Positions 42,550 to 51,608 of a stretch of DNA of 64,000 nt are shown piece after piece. The position numbers and the translations under genes are program-made. Every line of letters starts with the position of its first letter. Within the stretch, counting starts at the first letter, position 1. This stretch comes from an uncultured Bacilli bacterium. GTDB taxonomy: Bacteria; Bacillota_I; Bacilli_A; RF39; UBA660. The notes under the pieces are model-generated. The model was not told the origin of the DNA. It did no database searches and was given only the letters and a program-made list of their open reading frames with translations. The DNA is taken from the NCBI GenBank assembly GCA_934168005.1, contig CAKPMN010000003.1, positions 1,100 to 65,099 of the forward strand, read 5' to 3'.

Positions 42550-44301
42550 ATGGTAAATTTTAAAGAAGATGAACGTTTAAATAAGTTAAATCATAGTTGT
42601 GCACATTTAATGGCTCAAGCTGTTAAACATTTGTGGCCTGATGCTAAATTCTGGGTTGGACCAGTAATTGAAAGTGGTTTTTATTATGATATTGACTTAG
42701 GAGACAAAGTTATTAACGATGATGATATTTTAGCAATCGAAAAAGAAATGAAAAAATTAGCTAAAGATGGTAAGAGAATAGTTCGTAATGAAATAACAAA
42801 AGAAGAAGCATTAGAAATGTTTAAGAATGATCCTTATAAGGTTGATTTAATTGAAAGAATGGATGAAGAAAGTGTTATTTCTACTTATACACAAGGAGAT
42901 TTTACTGATTTATGTCGTGGTCCACATGTTGATAGTGTAAAGGAATGTAAAAACTTTAAACTTGTTAAATTTAGTGGAGCTTATTGGAAAGGAGATTCCT
43001 CTAATAAAGTTTTACAAAGAATTTATGGAGTTTGTTTTCCAACAAAAGAAGAATTAGACGATTATCTAACTGAATTAGAAGAAGCTAAATTAAGAGATCA
43101 TAGAAAGTTAGGAAAAGATCTAGGAATATTTTTATTAAATGATACTGTTGGTAAAGGTTTACCAATGTATTTACCTAATGGTTATATAATTTGGCAAGAG
43201 TGTGAGAACTATATTAAAACTAAGGAAAGAAAACGCGGATATAAACATGTTTTAACTCCACCTTTAGCAAGTACAGAATTATATAAAACTTCAGGTCATT
43301 TGGAACATTATAAGGATTCTATGTTTCCTATTATGGAAGTTGAAGGGGAAGACTATGTATTAAGACCAATGAACTGTCCACATCATATGATGATTTATGG
43401 TAATGATATTCATTCTTACCGTGACTTACCTTTAAGAATAGCAGAAGTAGCTAGAGATTGTAGATATGAAGCAAGTGGTGCATTAAAAGGAATTGAAAGA
43501 ACTAGAGCATTCTGTCAAAATGATTCTCATATATTTTGTACACCAGAACAAATTGAATCTGAATTTAAAGGTGTTGTTGATTTGATACTTGAAGTATATA
43601 AAGAACTTGGTATTAAAAACTTTAGATTTGAATTATCTTTAAGAGATCCTAACGATAAAGTAAAATATCATCCAGATGATGAAATGTGGGATAATGCAGA
43701 AAATAAATTAAGAGATGTTTTGAATGATTTAGGAATTGAATATAAAGAAATGATAGGAGAAGCGGCTTTTTATGGACCTAAGTTAGATGTTCAAGTAAAA
43801 CCAGCTGTTGGAAATGAAATTACTTTATCAACTTGTCAATTAGATTTTTGTTTACCAGCTAAGTTTAATCTTGAATATGTTGATAAAGATGGTTCTAAAA
43901 AAACTCCAGTAGTAATTCATAGAGCTATATTAGGTTCTCTTGATAGATTTATAGCATTTTACTTAGAAGAAACTAAGGGCGCTTTACCTTTATGGATGAG
44001 TCCAACTCAAGTAAATATTATTCCGGTTAATAATGAATATCATTTAGATTACGCAAAATCTATATTTGATGAGTTAAATGATTTAGATATTCGTTGTTCA
44101 TTAGATGATAGAGATGAAAAACTAGGATATAAAATGAGAGAATCTGTTATAAAGAAAAATCCTATTACTTTAATTTTAGGCCAAAAAGAAGTTGATGATA
44201 AAACAATTTCATTTAGAAGATATGGAAGTAATGATACTGAAACTATATCAAAAGATGATTTTGTTAAGTTAGTCTTAGAAGAAATAGCTAAAAAGAAATA
44301 G
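42550..44301 (+). CDS. thrS: Threonine--tRNA ligase lacking the N-terminal TGS domain
   Basis: 583 aa from MVNFKED (RBS AAAGGAGAAG). The editing-domain HSCAHL motif is already at residues 14-19. Class II motifs and an anticodon-binding domain are present. Confidence 0.95.
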   Translation: MVNFKEDERLNKLNHSCAHLMAQAVKHLWPDAKFWVGPVIESGFYYDIDLGDKVINDDDILAIEKEMKKLAKDGKRIVRNEITKEEALEMFKNDPYKVDLIERMDEESVISTYTQGDFTDLCRGPHVDSVKECKNFKLVKFSGAYWKGDSSNKVLQRIYGVCFPTKEELDDYLTELEEAKLRDHRKLGKDLGIFLLNDTVGKGLPMYLPNGYIIWQECENYIKTKERKRGYKHVLTPPLASTELYKTSGHLEHYKDSMFPIMEVEGEDYVLRPMNCPHHMMIYGNDIHSYRDLPLRIAEVARDCRYEASGALKGIERTRAFCQNDSHIFCTPEQIESEFKGVVDLILEVYKELGIKNFRFELSLRDPNDKVKYHPDDEMWDNAENKLRDVLNDLGIEYKEMIGEAAFYGPKLDVQVKPAVGNEITLSTCQLDFCLPAKFNLEYVDKDGSKKTPVVIHRAILGSLDRFIAFYLEETKGALPLWMSPTQVNIIPVNNEYHLDYAKSIFDELNDLDIRCSLDDRDEKLGYKMRESVIKKNPITLILGQKEVDDKTISFRRYGSNDTETISKDDFVKLVLEEIAKKK

Positions 44302-44317
44302 TCTATTTCTTTTTTTT
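44294..44317 (+). terminator. Intrinsic terminator after thrS
   Basis: AGAAATA-GTC-TATTTCT followed by a T-run. Confidence 0.6.
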
Positions 44318-44370
44318 ATAAAAAATTATTGACAATTAATTTTATTGTATGTTATAATCAATTTGCGTCT

Positions 44371-44447
44371 GGGGGATTAGCTCAGCTGGCTAGAGCGCCA
44401 CGTTTGCACCGTGGAGGTCAAGGGTTCGAATCCCTTATCCTCCACCA
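44371..44447 (+). tRNA. tRNA-Ala (anticodon UGC), encoded CCA
   Basis: Acceptor GGGGGAT/ATCCTCC with the G3:U70 identity pair, anticodon stem CCACG/CGTGG with loop TTTGCAC, and GGTTCGAATCC. Confidence 0.9.
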
Positions 44448-44780
44448 GATTGTTTAAAATGCTCAAACTTTTATAGTTTGAGTTTTTTTTGTGCCCAAAT
44501 TTAGAAAAGTTTTTGAATCTAAGCTATAGTATATTAAAATTATAATACATTATTATTGATTTTTGTTTGGGTGCTATGCTTATGCTTAATTTTAAAATTA
44601 AAGTAGTAAGTTTTTCGTGGTATGTTTTATTATTTTTACCTTTAGGCATTCATAGTGCCAAATACGTTCAATTTATTTTGAATGTATTTGGCTTTTTTTT
44701 GTTATGCATTAATTATTTTAATAGGGCTAGAAGTCCTCCTTTTATCAATAAAAATTTTTATGTTGATAAGGAGGATATAG

Positions 44781-45266
44781 ATGGACAAGTTTCCAAAAAG
44801 AAGAAAAGATAGAGATAACCCATATGCTTTAGGGTTTAATACAAATACTAACATGTATACAGTTACTTTTTTAGATTCATTTAAAGTATCACAAACTATT
44901 GAAATAACAAAAGAAATGTATTTAGAATTTAATAAGTTTGAACTAGAAGATTTATCATATATGAATAAATTTGACAGACATATTGAACATTTAGAACAAA
45001 CAGAAGAATCAATTTATAACAGGACTTTAAGATCAAATGATGATATATGTGATTTAATATTCAATGATATTCTATCTAAAGAACTAAAAAAAGAAATAAA
45101 CAATTTACCTGATATTCAAAAAAGAAGAGTTAAAATGTATTTTTTTGATAGTCTTACATTAAAAAAAATTTCTGAAATAGAAGGCTGTTCTATTAGATCT
45201 GTAAAATACAGTGTTGATATAGCTATTGATAAATTAGCAAAAAAATTAAAAAAATATAAATTTTAG
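44781..45266 (+). CDS. Sigma-70 region-4-type HTH regulator (ICE/conjugative-transposon-style sigma-like protein)
   Basis: 161 aa with RBS AAGGAGGA. The C-terminus LPDIQKRRVKMYFFDSLTLKKISEIEGCSIRSVKYSVDIAIDKL is sigma region 4-like. The N-terminus DNPY...FELEDLSYMNKFDRHIEH resembles sigma-like proteins of Firmicute mobile elements. Confidence 0.6.
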   Translation: MDKFPKRRKDRDNPYALGFNTNTNMYTVTFLDSFKVSQTIEITKEMYLEFNKFELEDLSYMNKFDRHIEHLEQTEESIYNRTLRSNDDICDLIFNDILSKELKKEINNLPDIQKRRVKMYFFDSLTLKKISEIEGCSIRSVKYSVDIAIDKLAKKLKKYKF

Positions 45267-45496
45267 ACTTCAAAAAATTGATTTGTGTGAGGAATATGTT
45301 GAAGAAGATAATCTTCTTCGCATATTCCTTATTTTTTTGAGGTAAAGTTCTTTGACAATTAAATAAATTTGATTGAATGTGTTTTTTTACTATGTATGTA
45401 AGTAAACTTATTGCGATAAAAAATATTAAATTATTTTAAATAATATAGTAGAGAATTTGTTGAATTTTATTTTAAATTAATGAATGGAGGTAAAAG

Positions 45497-48400
45497 GTGA
45501 AAGAAATAGAGTTAAAAAGTTTAAGAAAAGAAAGGGAAAAACATTTTTTAAGAGAAGATGGTCTTATTGTTGCTAAAATGTATGATGATGATATTCATTA
45601 TAAAAATGGCAATGAATATATAGAAATTGATAATACTTTAATAAAAGAAAAAGGTTATTATTATAATAAAGATAACTCATATAAGGTATATTTTCCAGAA
45701 GTCAGTGATAAAGTTTTGATGAGAACGGAAAATAATAATCATTATATCTGTTACACATTACAAGATTCTAATATAGTTGAAGCAAAGATAGATGTAAACG
45801 GTTCAAAATTGTATAAAGATATTAAATATATAAATATTTTAAATGGTATTGATTTTGAATATAATGTTATGCCAAAAAAAGTTAAAGAAAATATTATTAT
45901 TAATAACAAGGAATCTGTTGTTGATAGCATTAATTTTTTGCTTGACACAGATTTAGATTTAATTTTAAATAATGATTCTAGCATTGATGCAAAGTATGAT
46001 GGAAAAACAGTTTTTAAAATAGAATCACCTTATATTATTGGAAAAAATGGACAAATGTTAAATAGTGTTTCATATAGACTTATAAAAAATGATACACATT
46101 ATATTTTAAAGTTACTCTTAAATAAAGAAGAAATACTTAAAAGTACTATAGATTATCCTATTATAATTGATCCAACAATAACAAATTATGGAAGTAGCAA
46201 TAGTGTATATGATGTTTATATTTATGAAGGAGACTCAAATTCTGATAGAAATAGTCAATCATTTTTAAAAGTTGGTGTAGAAAAGATAGATAATCAGTAT
46301 ATTACTAATAGAACTTTGTTAAAGTTTGATTTACCTAAAATATCAACTGGAAGCCAAATTATATATGCAGAGTTAACCTTAATAGGGTATCCAATAGTAC
46401 CTTATTCTTATGATAGTTCGATTGTTAATGTACATCAATTAACTCAAGATTGGGATGAGACGACTGCTGATTGGAATTCAATGAATGATAAATTTAATTC
46501 TAGAATAGAAGGATCTTTTGAAAGCTCAAGAAGTGGTGTATCTAGTGATAATAATTTAATAACTTATCTGTCTGGATGTGAACTCACAGGATTGGTAAAA
46601 AAATGGTATACAGATACTCCAAATTATGGCATTATGTTGAAGTTAAACAAAGAAGTTTACACAACTGATGTCATTCCAATGTTTTATTCTAAAAATAATA
46701 CTGTAAATGGAGCAAATCCTAAACCAATTTTAACGATTATTTATAGAAATCAAAATGGTATAGAAAACTATATGAATTATAAAGAGCAATTATTTATGCA
46801 GGGAAAAAGCTATTTGAATACGTATAATGGAAATTTAACTAGTATTTTTGAAATTGGTTCTACTAAAACTGGAAAATTGCCAATAAATTTAAACATTGTA
46901 TATAATACTAATGATGTTATTTTAAATAAAAATTTAGGTTATGGAGTGGGATGTAATTTAAGTTTAAATCAAATCATAAAAGAAACAATTATTGATGAAA
47001 CTAATTATTTGGAGTATATGGACGAAGACGGTACTCTTCATTATTTTAGAATGATTGATAATGTTTATAAAGATGAAGATGGTCTTGATATGATTATAGA
47101 TAAAAAAGACAATGAATGCATTTTAAAAGATAAAAATAATAATAAAATGTATTTTACAAGGAATGATTCTCTTTATTATTTGACTAAGTTAGAAGATGTA
47201 AGTAATAATGTTACAAGTATTATGTATGATGAAAATGTACGTATTAGTAAGATTATTGATCCATCTTTGTTTGAAATTAATTTATCATATAGTGATAATA
47301 AAATTGTTATCACTAGTCCTAAAGATTTAGTTTCTTTAAATTATAATAATAATAGACTTGTTTCTTTAATTACGAAGAGTGGTATAACATCATTTGAATA
47401 TAACAATAATGGACTAATTTCTGGAATTATAGATGAGAATGGGAAGCGAATAGAGTATGAATATTATGATATATTTCCATATAGAGTTAAAAAAGTAAGT
47501 GAAATAGGATTAGAAAATACAAGTGGTAATTATTTTAGTTTAACTTATAATTTTAATTCAACTACGATAATTGATTACAAAAATAATGCCGAAACAATTA
47601 CTTTTAACAATTATGGTAATGTTGCATCTATTACAACTTTAAAAGAACATAATGATATTTTAGATGCTTATGGTAAATGTGTAGAATATGGTGATGATAA
47701 CTATAGTGATGGAAGTACTTATATTCCTACAAAAAATAAATTATTAAATTCTGATATTTCATGTAAATATGTAAAAAATTATTTATCAAATTCTAGTTTT
47801 GAAGAATCTAATATTTTGTTTTCTAAAACTAATGATGTAGTTTTATCAATATCTAGTGATGATTCGGTTTCCGGATTTAAAAGTTTAAAAGCAGTATCGT
47901 CTTCATCTAATCAGATAATTTATCAGGATATTGTAGTTCCAAAGGGCGATTATTATACGTTTAGTTTATATATAAAGAATTCTAGTATGGCAAAAATCTC
48001 TATATGCTATACAGATGAAAATAATCAAATACAGGAAAAACTTGAACAAATTATAATAAACAATTCTTTTGAGAGATATGATACAACTATTTATTATCCA
48101 AATAGTGCAACTAGTGATTTAACAATTAAAGTCATTTTAGAAGACGCTGGACTATATTATATTGATGATATTCAATTGGAAAAGGGCGAGGTAGCAAATT
48201 TTTACAATCTATTAGATAACTCTGATTTTTCAAAAGGTTTAGATGGTTGGCAATTGACGGCAGAAGATAGAGAAACTTTTGAAAGTATTAATACTTCTGA
48301 TATTTTTTCTAAAGTAATTTTAGAAAAAGGAATAACAGCCTTAAAAATAGATATGAATCCAGCAAATTCTACAAGTATAGCTAAAACATTTAATGTAAAA

Positions 48401-51400
48401 GGAAAGGCAGGAGATAAATATGCTATTTCATTTTGGTACAAAAATGAAGGTTATCCAGCTTATGATACGGAAGGGTCACCTATTTCAAATAACGTTATTA
48501 TAAGTTTTTATTATTCAGATAATGAAAATGGGCATGGAATAGCTCCTTCAAAAGGATTTAATCCTAATGAAAATGAATGGCAATATTTTGTGACTAATTT
48601 TCAATCAGAACAAGATTTTGAATCTATGACTTTAAATTTTTTTCAATATAATAATGCTAATGCTTTATATATTACAAATATTTGTTTATTTAAAGATGTT
48701 AGAAATATAAATTATGAATACGATGATGCAGGAAATTTGACAAGTGTAAATGATTTAACAAATAAAACTACTTCATTTGATCATAATAGCAATAATGAGC
48801 TTGTTAAGATGACGGACCCTAAAGGGAATAATTTAACTTATGAATATAATAGAGATATAACTAGTCAAGTTATAAATGGTATTAGTGAGACAGGAATTTT
48901 AAATAAATTTTTTTATGATGTAAATAATAATCCTATTCGTAACACAATTTCTAAATTAGATTCTTCAAATACAACTAAAAAAAAGTATTATAAAATTAAA
49001 ATATATGGGACAAATAAATATATCAGATGTACTCCGACAGGTATTGTAATTACTGAAGATGATTCACCTCTTAATAAATGGCGTACTAAAGAGGAAAAAG
49101 AATGGGAAAAATTAAGCCATTGTGTATTAGAGAGTTTGTATTTGAATGCAGATGATAATCATGCATTTTTAAGTGGATTATATTGCTATATAAATTTTCA
49201 TCCAAATAGTGATCATACTTATTTAATGGAAATATCAAATATTGGATTGTATTTAAAGTTTGATGGTACAAATATTGTTGTTTCTCAATTAGAAGATAAT
49301 ATAGATCCCTTTAAATTCTATATAGAAACATATGATGATCTATTTATTGAAAATGATGCTACATATTCTGCAAGTGGAAAAGTAATTACTAGTACAAAAG
49401 ATTCTCTTCTTCATAAAACAATTTATAATATAGATGAAGAGACTGGACTTACTAATTCCATTACTGATCCAAATGGAACAGTAACTTCATATACATACAA
49501 TGATAAAGATGAATTAGTTTCAATTACAATGAAAGATAAATCTGTAACATATTCATATAATAATCAAAATTTACTTGATAAAATTAATCAAGGAGCAAAA
49601 GAATATGCATTTGTTTATGATAATTTCTTTAATACTAAACAGATAAAATTAAATAATATTGTTTTAGTAACAAATAATTATGAAGAAAATAATGGTAATC
49701 TATCTTCTAGTACATATGGTAATAATCAAGCAATCTCATTTGAGTATGATAATTTCGATAGACTTATTAAAAAAGTAAAATCTGACGATATTTATCAATA
49801 TAAATATGACAGTAATGGGTCATTAACGAAGGTATTATCTAATAATGATATTATTAAATATACATATGATATGGCTAAAAGAGTTAGAGAATATAGATGC
49901 AATGATTTTAGAGTCAAGTATACATATGATTCAAATGGCAACGTAGTTTTAAAAAAATATATTTTAAACGCAATAGAACATGAAATAGAACATACTTTAA
50001 ATGATGAAGATGAAGTAATTAAAACTATGTTTGATAGTTCAGAACTTAACTATAAATATGATGATTTAGAACGATTAAAATCTATTTCAGGAATTATAGA
50101 TGAAGAATATTCTTATGTAACAAATGGAAAAAGAACATCTATGCTAATAAAAACAAATGGAAATTATTCATATATCTATAATCGTTTAAATAATATAACT
50201 CATATTTATAACGATGGTGTATTGGAACATAGATATTATTATGATGAATATTCACAACTTATTAAAGAACATGATTATATACAAAATCAAACTATAACTT
50301 ATACATATAATAGTTCAGGTAACTTATTATCTAAAAAAATATATGTGTTAAATACAACAGCTTTAATTAATGAAAATACATATGAATACACAAATACTAA
50401 TTGGGAAGATCAATTAACTAAATTTAATAATACAGCCATTACATATGATGAAATAGGCAATCCATTAACAATTGGTGATACACATCTAACATGGATTAAT
50501 GGTAGACAACTAAATAAATATCAAGATTCTGATTATACAATCAATTATAAATATAATGATAATGGGATTAGAACTAAAAAAATAGTTAACAACGTTGAAG
50601 TAAATTATCATTTAGAAGGATCTAAAATAATTTTTGAACAACGTGGTGATAATGTGTTATACTATATGTATAGTGAAGCTGATGAGCTAATAGGATTTGA
50701 ATATAATAGTATACCTTACTATTATTTGAAAAATAATCAAAATGATATTATAGGAATAATTGATGCCAATAAAAATGTATTAGCAAAATATACATACGAT
50801 TCTTGGGGAAAAATTATTTCTATAAAAGATAATAATAATACTGAAATAACATCAAATACTCACATAGCAAATATAAACTCATTTAGATATAGAAGTTATT
50901 ACTATGATTCAGAAACTAAACTATATTATTTAAATAGTAGATATTATAATCCAGAATGGGGAAGATTTATAAATGCAGATGGAACAATAGGAGCAAATGA
51001 AGATATCTTATCTTATAACTTATATATTTATGTAAGTAATAATCCAGTTAATAATGTTGATATAGATGGACATTTTGCATTAACAATGTTTTCTAATATG
51101 ATATATACAGCAATTGTGGTAGTAACAGCGATAGTGGTTAGTAAAACTATAAGCAATACTTTATCTGGTACAAGCTTAGCTTTTCCGACGCGAAAACGAC
51201 TTGAAATGCCAGATTTGACAAAGGTCAAATCTAAAGCTGAAGCCAAATCAAAAACAAAATCTAAGGTTACTTCTAAAGTTGCCGCTGTTTCAAAAGCTAA
51301 AGAAGATGTTACTAAGAAAGATGTAACTAAACCTTGTACGCGTGCTAAATTAGTAAAAAATGATGTTAAAAGATATGGCGAAAGACTTAGTGTTGAAGAG

Positions 51401-51592
51401 ACAGCTAATATTGTTATGAGAGGGAATGATGTAATGTGTGATACCGAACTTGATGTTTTAGCAGTTGGAGTTAGTCTTCCTTTTGGATTTACTAAAAATA
51501 GTGCTGAAAAACATGGAGAAAGTGGCACATATTATTATCATTATCATCCAGTAGGAGTCTCAAGTCGTCCACATATTTGGTTTTATAGTTAA
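45497..51592 (+). CDS. Rhs/YD-repeat polymorphic toxin (2031 aa)
   Basis: GTG start after GGAGG.
- N-terminal DNRLRE-like domain (NRTLLKFDL...).
- Two CBM-like modules at about residues 745-1035.
- Many YD repeats (YEYDDAGNLTSV, YTYNDKDELVSI, YKYDSNGSLTKV, YTYDSWGKIISI).
- Rhs core FRYRSYYYDSETKLYYLNSRYYNPEWGRFINAD.
- Cleavage-type motif NPVNNVDIDGH.
- A roughly 172-aa C-terminal tip. Confidence 0.9.
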   Translation: MKEIELKSLRKEREKHFLREDGLIVAKMYDDDIHYKNGNEYIEIDNTLIKEKGYYYNKDNSYKVYFPEVSDKVLMRTENNNHYICYTLQDSNIVEAKIDVNGSKLYKDIKYINILNGIDFEYNVMPKKVKENIIINNKESVVDSINFLLDTDLDLILNNDSSIDAKYDGKTVFKIESPYIIGKNGQMLNSVSYRLIKNDTHYILKLLLNKEEILKSTIDYPIIIDPTITNYGSSNSVYDVYIYEGDSNSDRNSQSFLKVGVEKIDNQYITNRTLLKFDLPKISTGSQIIYAELTLIGYPIVPYSYDSSIVNVHQLTQDWDETTADWNSMNDKFNSRIEGSFESSRSGVSSDNNLITYLSGCELTGLVKKWYTDTPNYGIMLKLNKEVYTTDVIPMFYSKNNTVNGANPKPILTIIYRNQNGIENYMNYKEQLFMQGKSYLNTYNGNLTSIFEIGSTKTGKLPINLNIVYNTNDVILNKNLGYGVGCNLSLNQIIKETIIDETNYLEYMDEDGTLHYFRMIDNVYKDEDGLDMIIDKKDNECILKDKNNNKMYFTRNDSLYYLTKLEDVSNNVTSIMYDENVRISKIIDPSLFEINLSYSDNKIVITSPKDLVSLNYNNNRLVSLITKSGITSFEYNNNGLISGIIDENGKRIEYEYYDIFPYRVKKVSEIGLENTSGNYFSLTYNFNSTTIIDYKNNAETITFNNYGNVASITTLKEHNDILDAYGKCVEYGDDNYSDGSTYIPTKNKLLNSDISCKYVKNYLSNSSFEESNILFSKTNDVVLSISSDDSVSGFKSLKAVSSSSNQIIYQDIVVPKGDYYTFSLYIKNSSMAKISICYTDENNQIQEKLEQIIINNSFERYDTTIYYPNSATSDLTIKVILEDAGLYYIDDIQLEKGEVANFYNLLDNSDFSKGLDGWQLTAEDRETFESINTSDIFSKVILEKGITALKIDMNPANSTSIAKTFNVKGKAGDKYAISFWYKNEGYPAYDTEGSPISNNVIISFYYSDNENGHGIAPSKGFNPNENEWQYFVTNFQSEQDFESMTLNFFQYNNANALYITNICLFKDVRNINYEYDDAGNLTSVNDLTNKTTSFDHNSNNELVKMTDPKGNNLTYEYNRDITSQVINGISETGILNKFFYDVNNNPIRNTISKLDSSNTTKKKYYKIKIYGTNKYIRCTPTGIVITEDDSPLNKWRTKEEKEWEKLSHCVLESLYLNADDNHAFLSGLYCYINFHPNSDHTYLMEISNIGLYLKFDGTNIVVSQLEDNIDPFKFYIETYDDLFIENDATYSASGKVITSTKDSLLHKTIYNIDEETGLTNSITDPNGTVTSYTYNDKDELVSITMKDKSVTYSYNNQNLLDKINQGAKEYAFVYDNFFNTKQIKLNNIVLVTNNYEENNGNLSSSTYGNNQAISFEYDNFDRLIKKVKSDDIYQYKYDSNGSLTKVLSNNDIIKYTYDMAKRVREYRCNDFRVKYTYDSNGNVVLKKYILNAIEHEIEHTLNDEDEVIKTMFDSSELNYKYDDLERLKSISGIIDEEYSYVTNGKRTSMLIKTNGNYSYIYNRLNNITHIYNDGVLEHRYYYDEYSQLIKEHDYIQNQTITYTYNSSGNLLSKKIYVLNTTALINENTYEYTNTNWEDQLTKFNNTAITYDEIGNPLTIGDTHLTWINGRQLNKYQDSDYTINYKYNDNGIRTKKIVNNVEVNYHLEGSKIIFEQRGDNVLYYMYSEADELIGFEYNSIPYYYLKNNQNDIIGIIDANKNVLAKYTYDSWGKIISIKDNNNTEITSNTHIANINSFRYRSYYYDSETKLYYLNSRYYNPEWGRFINADGTIGANEDILSYNLYIYVSNNPVNNVDIDGHFALTMFSNMIYTAIVVVTAIVVSKTISNTLSGTSLAFPTRKRLEMPDLTKVKSKAEAKSKTKSKVTSKVAAVSKAKEDVTKKDVTKPCTRAKLVKNDVKRYGERLSVEETANIVMRGNDVMCDTELDVLAVGVSLPFGFTKNSAEKHGESGTYYYHYHPVGVSSRPHIWFYS
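50767..51456 (+). repeat. Upstream homology arm, copy 1 (3' Rhs core plus proximal toxin region)
   Basis: 690 nt matching 52708-53397 with only 3 substitutions by direct comparison (offset 1941). Confidence 0.95.
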
Positions 51593-51608
51593 TAGAGGAG
51601 AAAAAAAT

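Noticed and set aside
44567-44812. 81-aa plus-strand ORF between tRNA-Ala and the sigma-like gene.
   Set aside because: It has no RBS. It spans a terminator-like hairpin (GCCAAATAC...GTATTTGGC plus a T-run, about 44652-44700) and overlaps the well-supported start of the sigma-like gene. It is probably non-coding island flank.
51028-51528. Two similar antisense ORFs (51028-51528 and 52969-53430) that could be read as a conserved gene pair.
   Set aside because: Their similarity is a by-product of lying inside the 690-nt near-identical rhs repeat. They have no RBS, and the peptides are Ser/Thr/Leu-rich mirror images of the Lys-rich toxin linker.
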